This document shows, piece after piece, positions 37,301-63,709 of a DNA stretch of 64,000 bases. Position 1 is the stretch's first letter. Every line of letters starts with the position of its first letter. The translations under genes were made by a program, and so were the position numbers. A model generated the notes under the pieces. The model saw only the letters and a list, made by a program, of their open reading frames with translations, did no database searches and had not been told where the DNA came from. The stretch is from Saccostrea cucullata (lineage: Eukaryota). The stretch is from contig NW_026938676.1 of assembly GCF_032062105.1 (NCBI RefSeq), positions 1 through 64,000 on the forward strand, given 5' to 3'.

Positions 37301-38938
37301 CGCATATCCTGTCCAATAAAATTGATATAAACAAAGAAAAGAAATACACACATAAATTTAAACTATACATGCAAATTAGATAGCTACAGCGAACAAAAAA
37401 AAACGCAAGTTCTGAGGTAGCCCGTCAACGAAGCAGAAACATCCTGTCTTCAGTGCGCGTTTCATAATTTCGTTTTCGGGCTCTCTTAAAGTTGATTTTA
37501 AATTTTTGTTATTAATTAACTACAGACAGAAAGATCAATTCTTCATGACCAGTGTATTTTTTAACAATATGACATAAAATACACACGAGTGACCCGGAAC
37601 CGAAGACGACCCGGAAATGAAGACTCTGGCACTGTATTGTTTTGTGGATTTTTCTAAATCGATCACTGCTCGTTATACCTTTTATATAAATTAATCGATT
37701 TCTTAATCCAGTCTGTAATAAATTTGAGGGGGTCGACTGTCGTTTTCATTGCGCAATATTTCGCGCATCAGAGTAAAATGAAGCGTATTTACTGTTTTAA
37801 AGCAACTTTGTTCACTTGGTTAATAAGGTTAAACAAAATTAAGAAAATGCAGGTTTAAAAATGTAATTACAATTTTATATATCTGAATTTTAAGCGATTT
37901 TGCAACTGATAGGTACATCTAGATAGATTGACGTCGTTATAGTGTGTTTTTACGTTATGATAAGCTGAAGGGGTAATAAAAGTTAATGTTATTAAACAAA
38001 AAGTAATAAACATACGCTTTGAAATTTAAAACATAGAAATTTGAGAAATTATTCTTATCAGTTTTTCATATAACACCTTAGTGCCCTTCATATTTTGTAG
38101 TACTCTAAAAAAAAAAAACAGGAAAATTCTTTAATTTTCGGCCTTTTTGAGATGCCCTCTCTGGTAACAAGACGGTAGAATTTTGTGTTTCTTTCACATA
38201 ATGTACAATATAGTATTACTCATTATATATTATGGTAATCTATTGTAGTATTAGTATAATTTGCCTTAAATGCTAAAATTTGTCACTTTTAATTATAGTA
38301 AATGTACCTATATTTTGAGACGATCCCTTAAAAATACCTGGACGGCAGATTTCGCCCAAACTTGGCATGTACACTATAGTTAATGTAAGTTATATATGGT
38401 ATAGTTTTGTTATTGTAGTTTTCACACAATAAAACCCCANNNNNNNNNNNNNNNNNNNNNNNNNNNNNNNNNNNNNNNNNNNNNNNNNNNNNNNNNNNNN
38501 NNNNNNNNNNNNNNNNNNNNNNNNNNNNNNNNNNNNNNNNNNNNNNNNNNNNNNNNNNNNNNNNNNNNNNNNNNNNNNNNNNNNNNNNNNNNNNNNNNNN
38601 NNNNNNNNNNNNNNNNNNNNNNNNNNNNNNNNNNNNNNNNNNNNNNNNNNNNNNNNNNNNNNNNNNACGTTTAACAGCGTAGCAGTAAAAATAAATTCTG
38701 TTTGTTCCAAAAATAAGTTATATTACAGAAACATGCATGTATATTAATATTTATCTGACATCTGACACTTAGCGGCTAAGCTAGCTGTCCGTTCAGTACA
38801 GCTGATATATACACCTAGTTGCTAGGTTAGTCGCTACAATGTTGACCGCACTCTGATATTAAAGGAACGTACCTTAAGTAAACTATAAATTGCCTCGAAA
38901 TCATTGGACGAAGCTTTTCGTATATTTAGGTCCTTCAT
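25371..38938 (-). CDS. Diamine/spermidine N-acetyltransferase (SAT/SSAT, GNAT family)-like, 161 aa
   Basis: Exons 38938-38873 (MKDLNIRKASSNDFEAIYSLLK), 37308-37257, 26522-26463, 25983-25841 and 25535-25371 join in frame (486 nt). Motifs LYLEDIYIKPAHRSKGYG and WNAKTIEFY. Confidence 0.88.
27971..28975 (+). CDS. LINE ORF1 protein (Ser-rich N-terminus, coiled coil, L1-ORF1-like RRM/CTD)
   Basis: Intact 334-aa ORF; coiled coil IKEQQKDIEEQNEEIKTLKESNDELKRRVDDLE; LEQYGRRPSLRFHNVP, DIDRSHPIG, IICRF, IFVTEDLTKYR, FWTYDGRIFI. Confidence 0.88.
   Translation: MSDSRCAKDTKRNRSSELSFSEHLSSRRRITSSSSLPDISNLSAEMATNFENSQSKIPSSSPLTPTSTVLSSSPDPNKSTGSSTAIVDSNGEIQTSAINELIVNAVHSQAFMGAFAPLIASAITPHIQLIVQSCLQPILSSIKEQQKDIEEQNEEIKTLKESNDELKRRVDDLEYGLDNLEQYGRRPSLRFHNVPLPEPGEDGTWEPLDTESAVIQICAGMGVTITPDDIDRSHPIGSPKQNKIQIICRFRNWKIKNRVYSAKKQLKNNVNKIFVTEDLTKYRQALVSKIIQAKKSEIVHSFWTYDGRIFINFEKKGHRYEVRSFEDLENLLNG
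29100..29311. repeat. Left subterminal 21-bp tandem array (CACAAAGCGWACCGTWCCGTG)
   Basis: About 10 units read directly. Confidence 0.9.
31915..32133. repeat. Right subterminal 21-bp tandem array, same orientation as the left array
   Basis: About 10 units read directly. Confidence 0.9.
32513..35940 (+). CDS. LINE ORF2: leader + 2A-like motif + APE endonuclease + reverse transcriptase + C-terminal Cys/His motif; one frameshift near 33098-33102
   Basis: LLSGDIEINPGP, FHLNIRSL, LCFTETHL, VYRPP, VGDLNVD, LID, TDHK, NYRPVSLL, DLSKAFD, GVPQGSVLGP, LFADD, CSCG..HYFFSC. Confidence 0.92.
38440..38666. other. Assembly gap (N run) within SAT intron 1
   Basis: 227 N bases. Confidence 0.99.
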
Positions 38939-39276
38939 GACTTCCAAAAGCAAAGTTCATTTCCGGAAAAATCAAAGTACTGAAAGTATGAGTATACGTG
39001 ATCTCTTCAGTACTGTTAATCATTTTTCAAATTAATCATGAAAATTATGTAAAGGTATAATACTTTCAAGTACATGAATTAGTAATATATGCACATATAT
39101 ATGATGTATATATACATACCTATAAAACAATTTCCTAAATGTACATAATTATATAAGATTAAATGTACTAAGTCTTTCTTTTTGCCCCCACGATGGCCCT
39201 TAATATTGGTTAATAAAAACTATAAAAAGGAACATTTCGGTTAGGAATGGAGATTAATTTCTTAAGGTGTAGCGAG

Positions 39277-39368
39277 CACAGGCACTTGTTTCGGACATAA
39301 CCATTGTATAATAATAACATAATATGTATATTATGGGTTAAAATTTATTTCCGAAACAAGTGCCTGTG
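39277..39368. mobile_element. Tiny palindromic TIR element
   Basis: 19-bp TIR CACAGGCACTTGTTTCGGA; flanks GTAGCGAG/GTAGGAAG resemble a decayed 8-bp TSD; a solo matching end lies near 54881-54897. Confidence 0.65.
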
Positions 39369-39549
39369 GTAGGAAGCTATACGGTCTTAACGTGACTGTA
39401 CATTCACCTGTTCACAAGCACCTGACGTCACATATTTTTCCCATGTAGAAAAACATATCAATACCCATTAAAACACAAAGTAACCATCGGCCGCCAGCTA
39501 GCTTGATTTCTTTTTCTCAATTTATAGTTTTGTCTGAAACTCCAATATA

Positions 39550-40030
39550 GGCGGGATCAGGTGCCATCGAGGAGTGAGCATCCCCTGCTGACCGGTCATA
39601 CCCGCCGTGTGCTCCTTGTCATGATCGGGAAATAACGGAAAAATCCGTCGTCAATTCAGTGTATAAATAATGGACTAACAATAAGTATGAAAAACGTCAG
39701 TCAGCATTTGACTCAATGGTAAATTGTATTTGCTGACAAGGTCATTGTATCCACCAAAGAAAATGATGACTTTAAACGAGACTGCTGATATTTTTGTTTC
39801 ATCAACTTGTTTGTCAATAATTTACCTCGTTTTAGAAATTGTTCATACATAGAGCATGCTCTTGCGTGTCGAATCAACTCCGCATGCAGGTGATGAAGGT
39901 ATATTGCTGCATAAGTAAGGGAAGTTGACGATAGAAAAGTTTAAAAATTCATCACGTTTATCATAGAGCTTGATTGTTAAATTAAAATACCATTAATGCT
40001 TTTTTCAAGTAAAATATCCAAGTATGAAAC
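39550..40030 (-). mobile_element. Penelope-like 3' fragment
   Basis: Reverse complement of the 19230-19720 region, including the 3' motif. Confidence 0.8.
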
Positions 40031-40036
40031 AGTTGA

Positions 40037-40315
40037 TCCTTACGTCACGGGTTCGAATCCCACTGCGGAAATTAGAGACCAGTCCTTTGAATGAGAACTT
40101 ATAGGTATACTGAGGTCCTGTGTTGCAGGAGGAGGTATGTGCTGGCTCGGAAAAAAAATCCCTCCCTCGCGCAATGGCCCTAGTTGTCCAGTACTGGTCT
40201 CAGTTTAAAGCCCAGCCGGCCTCCACTGCATGGCAAGTGGTGGTTTTTTAATTTATGTAAGTGAAAAATTTTCAAAATTATTCCAAGCAGTCTGATTTGC
40301 TCAAACAAACAAAAA
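40037..40315 (+). mobile_element. 5'-truncated tRNA-derived SINE with V-domain-like core
   Basis: B box GGTTCGAATCC; ATGAGA..CTGAGGTCCTGTGTTGCAG..AAATCCCTC core; CAAACAAAC tail. Confidence 0.6.
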
Positions 40316-41444
40316 CATAAAAGCGGTTGTAACTTTCACTTTGTAATATATACAAAAAATTGCGCCCCGATATTATTGATGATAATTGCTTATAATAGCA
40401 GACCTGGTTTTGTATTCATATTAAACATAATTTATTCAAAATAATATACAAGAGAGAAAAAATGCACTTGTTTTTCACTTCGATATTCAGATACCAGTAT
40501 GTCGATGATATTATCGATTTACAAAAGTTACTTCCGTTGAATCCATTCATAAGTCGACTCGATATATCACAGTGAGCTTGAAATAAAAGTTATCACAGCC
40601 TGGCTTTTCTGTTTCCTAGTTGGATATTTGATTATATATATATTATTTTTCTCTATTATTCTAAGCCGTCTGATTTGCTCAAACTTGATCACATGATCAA
40701 GTATATTTAAGGTCAAAAGGTAAAGGTCGTAAATTCATACATTGTGTGTGTGTGTGTGAAACTTTGATTTCCAGCGAAACTTTTTAAGCTTTTGCAATGA
40801 AATTTTATACTACTACTCTATATGGCCAACCCCACCTGCCCTTCTTAAAGTGCCCCACCCCCTCCCCCTCCCCACATATGCACTTGCTTTTCTTTTTCCT
40901 TAAGTATGGGGACACAGGTTCTCTGAAATAGCTTGTTGAAGATTAACTTTTGATGACAATAAAACTTACTATTTTCCTTCTTCATATTTAACAAAAAAGA
41001 TATATATATGGAATATGTAGAGGTTTTAAGAAGAAAAATGCAGATGGGGAAATAGGAACCATGTCCAATGGACACAATTCTTTTTTAAATAGCTCCACAA
41101 ATGTTGCCGAGTACTAAATTTTATATTTCAAGTCTTCTAAGGATTTTTTTTACAGCCATCTACTCATTTGCCTTCTCTATATTTATGTGCGAAATAAAAA
41201 GCAAGTATACATGACTGTATTTCTACAAATTTATTTAATTTCATAATTTTATATCATGATATATCAGATTTTGACAAAAAACTTGGATAAAAATACATCA
41301 CAATGAATTTCATCACTTCTGAAATCAGAAGTTTTTAAACTGACAAAAAACCCTCCCAGATTGAAACATGTAACATGCTGTCAATTGCATGCAACTTAGT
41401 TGCATAAAGCACAAAGTCAGTTATCAGTAGAACCAATTATTCAG

Positions 41445-55104
<13,660 letters not shown>

Positions 55105-57073
55105 GCCTGACGCTTCTACATCAATGTTAAAAAGACGCTTGGTGATAAAGAAACGTCGAACCAAAATCGGATTTGATTCCGTACTGTGAACGATAATGTT
55201 CAAAAAAGGCCTTCAGTTAACATGGTTAAAAACAATCTTTAACTTTCTCCATGTTCTTAGTCTAGTGTTATAATGGACCGTGTTAATAAAATTGTGGATT
55301 CTCACAGATTAAAACATCATTAAAATCACATTTATAAATAAACCTAATCAGAAAACGTATGATTTTGTTTTAGTTTTCCTATTTATAAACTACTGAAGTA
55401 TATTGCTAGTCAAGACATTTATGGATTTTTTTTATTTTTTTTTTTTTTTGAAATTATTAATTTATAGTAATATATTGATATTAAAATGATGCTGATCGAA
55501 AGTCTTAAGTGAATTATCTATGTTAATTGGCGTTAGAGATATATATATTTTTTATGTCTTCCAACAAAAGCGTAGCAGTTCCCAAGTAAAGCGCTCTAGA
55601 GTTTAACTCATTTGGAGGAAAACTTGTTAGCCTTGAGAGTTTATTCTGGTTGTGCTTCTGTAGGCTACCTCTGTCTCAAACTTATTTTAGAATATCTTAG
55701 ATATGATTTATTTTCAAGATTCTTCAAAACAAGAATGCTGAAAACTCTTGCTATGATTCTGTAAGCACGGTCACTTAAGTTCCTAGTATGACCAGTTTTA
55801 AACCGTAGGCTGAGATATGCTATACTGACAAATAACTCAAATTACAGACAGCTTGGTCATACACTTCGGTCGTTTTTCATGATCTACCTTATTGCCGTAA
55901 ATATATAGGGCACTGTTTTCATACCTTTCACTATCTGAACAATCTGATCAATATTATAGAGATCGAGAGGTCACCTTGAATATGACTGTTTGACAGGGGA
56001 TTCTTACTCGTTGGAGGCTCCTGGTTCACCGGAGGTTTGTGATTTGCAATGTTTGCATTTCGTATGATTCATTGAATTAATGAGATTGATCTTTTTCGAC
56101 CCAGCACAGAAAGTCAACTAAATATATAACAGTGTATAAAGCGATCGAAGGCCTCAAAGAATGTACATTCATTTATTTCACTACAAAAAAGATTTTATAC
56201 AAGCACGGGTGTATAAGCTGTAAGTCATGTTTTCTGCCCCTGCACTAATATTTACCGGACGAGGGGTAAATTTGAAGTATTTTTGATACAGATAATAAAA
56301 GTGGGGAGATTGATTAAGAATACAGTGTAATGTAGGCCCTTTCTCCGGATTTCATTCGATATTTTGCAGTAAAACATTGTACGTTAGAATACTTATAAAT
56401 GCAAGTGGTATTGATGTATTTATAGGAAAAGCAATTGAACTTGTGAAACCGCCGACCGGTCTGACTTCGGTTCACAGGTAGTGTCAATATACATGTTTAT
56501 TATTTATAAACAGAATTAGCATTTATTACATTCCCAATACATCATAGAAATAGGTAACACTTCTCAGAATCTTTTGTTTTTGTTTCTTAAACTAAAATAT
56601 ATAATTTATACTACATATAATTTATACTACATATTTATTTGTAAAGCAATAATTATCCAGTTAAATTAATGTCAAAAAGTTTAAAATATATCTGAAGTGT
56701 ATAAAAATCTCATAATATCAAAACAGTGGTCTTCGAGAACAGAAGATTCCACACCAGGAAATAGCAAAACGATAAAAATTAGACTTGTGTTACAATTGTT
56801 GGAAGCTTCATCGTCTGCTAATTTGACATCAGTTTAACTCAATCAAAATGTCAGTAATATCGCCTCTTAAAAATGCTTTTGCGGAAAATGAAAGCATTTT
56901 GAAAGAAAATGATATAATTGTGGCAAGCATATTTTGGAACAAGTAGACATTCCATCATATTTAAAGATAGTTCCACATGTACTGATAGTTTTTGTTTTAG
57001 TGTTCCATATACGAACAGTAAATACACAATACACAATGTAAGAGATAAACAATTATTAACTTATTATTTCACT

Positions 57074-58132
57074 TTAGATATCATTTTCACGCAGTCCACT
57101 TTGGTCACGACACGTCTTTCTAATTTCCCGTCTTCTTGTAGATAATACAGTGTTGTATTCGGGGTTCCACTGGCAAATGTTTGTGAAGAATGATCCATCG
57201 CTCTCAAAACCTTAAAAATTAAAAATAATAATTTCAACTCTGATATTTATTTAAAAGCAACTTTATTTTTATCATATGATTTGATCCAAGTAAGCATCGG
57301 TGTTGATTATTTTTACCTGAAATTAAGTATTTTTTGTTCAATTCAAATGTTGTTCCGCAGTTCCAAGGCGTCCCAGAGGTTTGGATCACCGCAGTGTTAC
57401 CAGAACCAAGGAGACGGCTTCCCTTTATTGGAGAAGAGAGAAATACATGTGCATGTACAGACATTTTCAATCCCTTCTGAATAGTGTAACTGACTATTTA
57501 TAATACTCTTTTATTAACTAGAATTTTATATTGCACTGATCCATATATTGTCAGACAAGACCTTTGTTTAAAAATTTGAAAATAATTATTTTTCTATATA
57601 AATTCGTAGTTATTATTATCTTATAAATCTTATTTATTTTTATACCTTGAAAATACCCCTTTTCTTGTACAGGACCGTGTAGTTTTTCTGAATTGGGAAA
57701 TCGCCATATTCACCAAAATCTAAATCCTCTCTGAGGATTTTGGCCTTTAGAACTGTGAAAGACAAGACAAACCTGAGAAGATTTAATCCAGCAAATTTGT
57801 GGAGAAAAAATATCTGCAATATTGTCGACCTATAAATCTTTTTTAAAAATGTGATTCAAAGTTATAAACAAAGATGTCATGAATTTATGAGTATACATGT
57901 ATATTCACTATAATTTATATAGGGTTCTCTGCTTATAAAACTCGATTTCATAGGAATCAAAAAATATCATGCATGCTTAAAATGCTGTTTTTTTACAAAT
58001 ATTTTCTTACTCACCGAAATCCGCCATGCATACTTTATCTGGACGACGGGAAAAGTCGCACATGCAGCCATTTACGATGCAAATGGAAACAGTAGAAAGG
58101 ATGAACAAACACAAAACGTGAAATCTATCCAT
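57074..58132 (-). CDS. TIMP-like metalloproteinase inhibitor, N-terminal (NTR) domain only, 155 aa
   Basis: Exons 58132-58015, 57752-57646, 57422-57317 and 57210-57074 (468 nt, in frame). Signal peptide, then CMC..VCMADFVLKAKI..IFKG..CG..LNKKYLISG..FTNICQWN..C..stop. Confidence 0.88.
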
Positions 58133-59199
58133 TTTCTTGAAAATACTGAAATAAGAAAAAGAATTTACTTACGTTTTGTAGAGACATTTCCAAGGCTTAA
58201 AGCGGCGGAAGATTGGAGTAAACAACTAGTTTATGCTTGTTTTAAAAAGTTTATATAAAAACAAACAATTCTTAATAAGCAGTTTTACTCACTTCTCCTT
58301 GAGGTTCTGAGCTGTTTTGAAACTTATTAAGCAAATTCGATGTGGTCCGATATTGTGACTTATTTTATACACATGTTCGCTACCCACATGTACTTGATAA
58401 TATCCGTTCACGTACTAAGAAAAGAATGCATATGTGATGCGTTTTGAGGGTTAAAAAATTCCTACATGTACGTGGTTCTTCATGCAGTTGGGCGATGGTC
58501 GTACTTTTTTTTGCGTCATAAAAAAGAATCCCGTCACTTTTTTGCAATTTTTTCAGCATGTTTAAGAAGAGGATGCATTGTGTGCATAACTCAGTAATAT
58601 GGAACAAGTAATTGACATTCGAAACATGCTTTACAGTTAATAAATATTCCCTTAATAGGCCTTTTATAATACAAATGGATTGTGTTGTTGTTATTAGAAA
58701 AAAAAATGTTTATATGTTTATGCTATCAAATACCTGTGAAATAAAGCGCTAAATATGGTCATCTTTTAATGTAAAGATGGATCAAACAATATGACATTTC
58801 TTCTTCCCGTTTTCTTAATTAGTAAATCTATTACAGCATATACTCATGGTACTTCTTTTTTCGTGTAATAAATTGCAAGACACGACTATGGAAATGAAAC
58901 TTATGCAAAATATAAATATTTATTTTTGTGAAGTTATTCATAATTTATAAATTTTTCAAAGGAATACATGGGCGGATCTAGAGGGGTCGGGGTGGGATGT
59001 CCGGCACCCCCACCCCCTTGAATTTGAAACTAGGTAGGGGGTATATTTTGTAATTAAAAGAAAAATAGGTAACGTCAGGTGCCTGTGGTTTCAGTAATGA
59101 ATAATGTACTTATTCAGTGGGTCATAATATCTCCTATGCACTTTCACGGTTCAAACAAACTGGGACTTCTTATTTCACAATGTTTCTTTTTGGCAATAG

Positions 59200-59970
59200 A
59201 TCGGGTACGTAAGAGGTGTAAATACTCCAGTATCCCCTGTTGACCGGTCACTTCCGCCGAGAACCCTACGAGATGTATTGATCAGGTGGACGGTAAATTC
59301 CGTGGCCAAATTCAGTTTGAAAAGAAAGGCCTAACAATGGATATGAAACAAAGTACCAAAACTACATGTACGACCCAATGATAGGTTATTATTGCTCACA
59401 AAGCCATTATAATGACTAAAGAAATAACGAAATGCCAACTTTGAGTGAGGTTTTTAAAATCCCTGTAACATCAACTTATCTGCCAGTAGCCTGCTTGATT
59501 TAAAATTTGATCGTACTCGGAATATGCTATTGAGTATCAAATAAGTTGGGAGATGTAAACACAATATACAGATGACAGTTGGATATATATACAGCAAAAA
59601 AGGAAAGTTGACGATGGAAAAATTGGAATCATCGATCTCATTTGTCATAAAATTTAGTTGTTTGTTGACCCTCATTGTCTTTGTTCAGTAAATTATCTAA
59701 ATAGATGTGTCAGACTGTGGTTTCTTTTTATTTCAAATTCACTGGAATATATCAAGTCATCATATGTCAAAATGGAAATAACTAATGTTAATTGATTATA
59801 CATTATCAATATATATACTAGTATCTTCATGTTGAGTGCTTCCTTATTCTTGTATACAAGCTTTTGAACAAAATCTGCTTCATATGCATATAAAAATAGG
59901 TCTGTTTATAAACAAGCACCATTGGTACATTTTTCTCATATTCTTTTTTTGAAACTATTTATTATCCAAG
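59200..59970 (-). mobile_element. Degraded Penelope-like RT/3' fragment
   Basis: SNFSIVNFPFL, LLADKLMLQGF, DLFLYAYEADFVQKL remnants, and 3' motif ATCCCCTGTTGACCGGTCAC near 59233. Confidence 0.75.
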
Positions 59971-62900
59971 CTTGATAAGTTTATTGATGAATAGCTGATA
60001 TTTACATGTATAACAGTTATTTCATTAACCTTTAATAACAGTCAACTTTCCTAAAGGAAGAAATGAAAACAACACTACATTATCAATTGTTTTATGGTTC
60101 TTTTAATCGTTATTATAAAAAAGGTTATGCATTACAAAATACAAAATCATATTGTATGAATTGTGAATGAAAACAAGAAGACCCTTTAAAATGAGTAAAA
60201 CTTGCGCACAAGGGTAAAGTGTCAGTACAGCGGGTCGGCAAAACAACAAGCACAACATTGTGCAAAACTGGACGACAACAACTTAATTTAAATACAACCT
60301 ACTTTCTTAGACAACCTGCTCAAAATAAAATGCTAAAAGCACAGGGAACCAGTTTAAAAGTACCAGCAAACACGTTTCCCATTAGAAATCATTTACACAA
60401 ATAAAATCTATTTAAAAGTATAATGATGATTTTAATTTGCTACAACCATAAAATGGATACATATGTATAGAGTAATTTCAAATATCATTCTAAATGAATC
60501 AAACTCTATGTATTATGTATGCAATGAAAATGAATAGGTATAAATAAACCACCATTAGGTTTGATAAAAATACTTTAACTGGTTATTTGCATTGAAATCA
60601 TTTAATCTGATTTTATTGTCATTGAAAAAAAAATCTGTCACAAGAATAAAATTTTCATCTAGCTACAGAAATGTGATGAATATTTGATTACTAGGATGAA
60701 AAATATATAAAAATAGGAACATAAGTGTATCTGCATGTAATATATACTTATACAAGTAATAACTTAATAATAAAGTTAACATAGAAACATGATAATTTAA
60801 TAATAGACATAGAAAAAGGGTTCATACAACATGGGTACTATACACTTAGTCTTGTATGATTCACAATGCATTTTTATTGTCTGTACCTTTATGAATGTGT
60901 TTTGATGCCTTCAAAAAACTTGTATATAGATGATTCTGCACCTATTCCCCTTTTATTGAGATATCAAAAAAAAAAAACTTATTGTAAAGAATTTTTTTTT
61001 TTATTTTTTCCTTAAAGCTGGTTCTAATTTGCAAAGTATTTTAAATTGTTCAAAGAACATATAGAACAATATAATGGAACCCATATCTACACTGATCTGA
61101 ATTACAAGTTACATACTATAGATCTCTCAGTCTGCTTAAGTCTATACGATATGAATATCTACAAAACTGAACCTATTAATCCTACTAGTTAAACAAATGA
61201 CTAGCCTTCTCTGCTTTATATTCAATACTCAGCAACAAAACAATTCTTACAACTAAGAAGATCAATATTCAATATACATTGCAACTTGCATGATCAATTT
61301 AGAATGTCATTTATTGAATTTGTGATCTAATTTTGCCCTTTTTTTGCTTTTCTACATCAAAATTTTAAGTGCCATTGCCCCCGCAAAATGAATATTCTTT
61401 ATATCTAACATATGGCATACAAAATGTTTTGTTTTTTTTTTTTTTTTAAATTACAATTGATAAATGGCAAAGTTGAGAATGTTGTTACGAACTTATAATT
61501 CTTAACATCTTTTGATTATATTTCATCTGCAGTACATGTAAATTCATAAATTTCTACATATATACATGTATGCAGACATTGTTTACTGTTCAAATTCATG
61601 GGAAATTGATTAAGTTGTACAATATCATGCAGTTGTAATGCATTATGCACATACATGTTTATGTAAATATATGACAAAAAAATGAAAAAATAGAAAATTA
61701 TTGAATAATTAAACTCTACATTTTTCAAGAAATGCTTTTTTGCACAATATCGAGAATGTAATATAAATTATGTTTTAAATTGCTCCTGTTGTGTAAATAC
61801 AAACTAGTTTATAAAACAAAATCTTAATATCCATTATATCTTTTTAACAAAAATTCTGTATCTACCTATTAAAAAATTAAAGGAACTTAAAAAAAAATCA
61901 TTTTGATCATGTTGGTGCATACTTTTACCTCACATTAATACAATCAAGTACATTTATTTCAATGAATGGTTCAAGCATTATTATTGGTATAACCCCTTAA
62001 CTAATAAAACTTGAAGCAAACTTTTTAGAATTTTTTGTAAAGATGGTACATTTATACATGTAATACATTTATAAAGATAGTGTAAATACAGCTCAGGTTT
62101 GGCTATATAAAATAATCTACAACACAGCTGTCTCTACGCTATAGGTATAAAATAAAACAGACAAAAAGCATTACTACGAGATCTAGCTATTTTTGGCACG
62201 CCACAACCTTTCAGAAATTCTGAACAGCTGATAAACAAATCAAGTCATGAATTGAAATAAAATAAAAAATTAAGCTCAAGTTCATAAAAACAAATGGAAA
62301 TAGTCGTGTTGCATTGTTTTCTTGTGTAAGAAAGAAGAAATTCTAGAAATGAACGATTTGAGCACTATTTGTGATTTAAAACAAATTAAATAATTTATAT
62401 AAATTCAAAGAAAGATTATCCAAGAGTAGTAGAATAGTTATAATAAAAGTCTATAAAAATTCTTTTATTCAAATGAATTGTACCATTATTGAAAATTTTT
62501 CAACAGGTTGGACTTTCATATACACAGACTAGATGTAGGAGCTTAGCATTACATGGATTTATACACAACATATCTCAGAACACAATGGCGGCACAAAGCA
62601 ATAATTCCAAGGATAACACCATTTCTTTTTACTGCACAAAGGGATACCCAAGGCAATATACTGTATACAAGCTCAGCAGGTGGATACAGAAGGCAATATA
62701 CTGTATACAAACTCTGGTCAGTACAGGTTTAGCAGATGATACATGATAATGTCCTTAACCAATAATTTGTGATTCTCACATAAAAATAGACACCCCAGCC
62801 CTCTATCAATTTTTTAAGCAAAATCCTTGCTTAAAACCCCCAAAACCCCTTCAATTTGTGGACTGGATATACACTGTACTTTATAGTCCAAAATGAGATT

Positions 62901-63709
62901 ACCTGAGGGTAAATGAGTAGATACATTAGGACATTATGTTTCACTGGTGGGTATTCTACAAAACGGTCCCTCCCTAAAGTCCTACTACAATGTGGAATAC
63001 CTTGCTTGTGTCTGAAACCTTTCCTCTTGAATTAAGTAAAACAAGTCATTTCTCTGACTGAAATGGCAGCATAACACCAAGTATACAAATATAAACAAAA
63101 AAAAAACCATTAATAAACATCACAACAATCAAGTCTTCATTGTGTAAGATGATTTACAACAGCTGATAATGGTAATATTCACACAACCTTTTGTTTTTAA
63201 AAAGATAAAACATCTAAGTCCATCCAGCATTTGGCCATCACCTGGCCAAAAGTAGGGTCCATGTCCTCAAAAAACTTAGATCCATTGTTTGTATATATCA
63301 CAACGTAGATTTCGTAGAAGTCACATTAAATACCGACACTCATCTATAAACAATCTTTTTAAAAAATATCTATTGGAGTTTTCCATTGGTTCCTGTGTTG
63401 AATTAATGTCTCGCCACACACAAACTTACAAAGGAAACTCACAACAGATGACATTGGCACTTGTATAATTCAAATATGGATGAGTGTATGGTTTTCCTAT
63501 ACTTGGATATTAGAAAAGACAAACAAATGGTAGTTTCTATACAAGCATCATAACAATGCAGATTTCATGAATTGTTTTTTCTGACAAGTTTGGGATATGA
63601 GCTATTAACTCAACTTACAACACATAATATCAGCAAGGTCAAGGATTGTTTTAAAAAGTGCAGTTTCTTAATCACCCAACTGTGCTTTAACACATTTATT
63701 TCACAGATC

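Noticed and set aside
38390-38710. 106-aa ORF in the track
   Set aside because: Artefact of translating through the N gap.
56720-57036. Possible TIMP C-domain exon (KYAC, FYRFAISWC-like words)
   Set aside because: No coherent Cys pattern or in-phase splice path from the last TIMP exon.
58969-59030. CATGGGCGGATCTAGAGGGG, resembling a hAT-type left terminus
   Set aside because: No matching right end or TSD found in the window.
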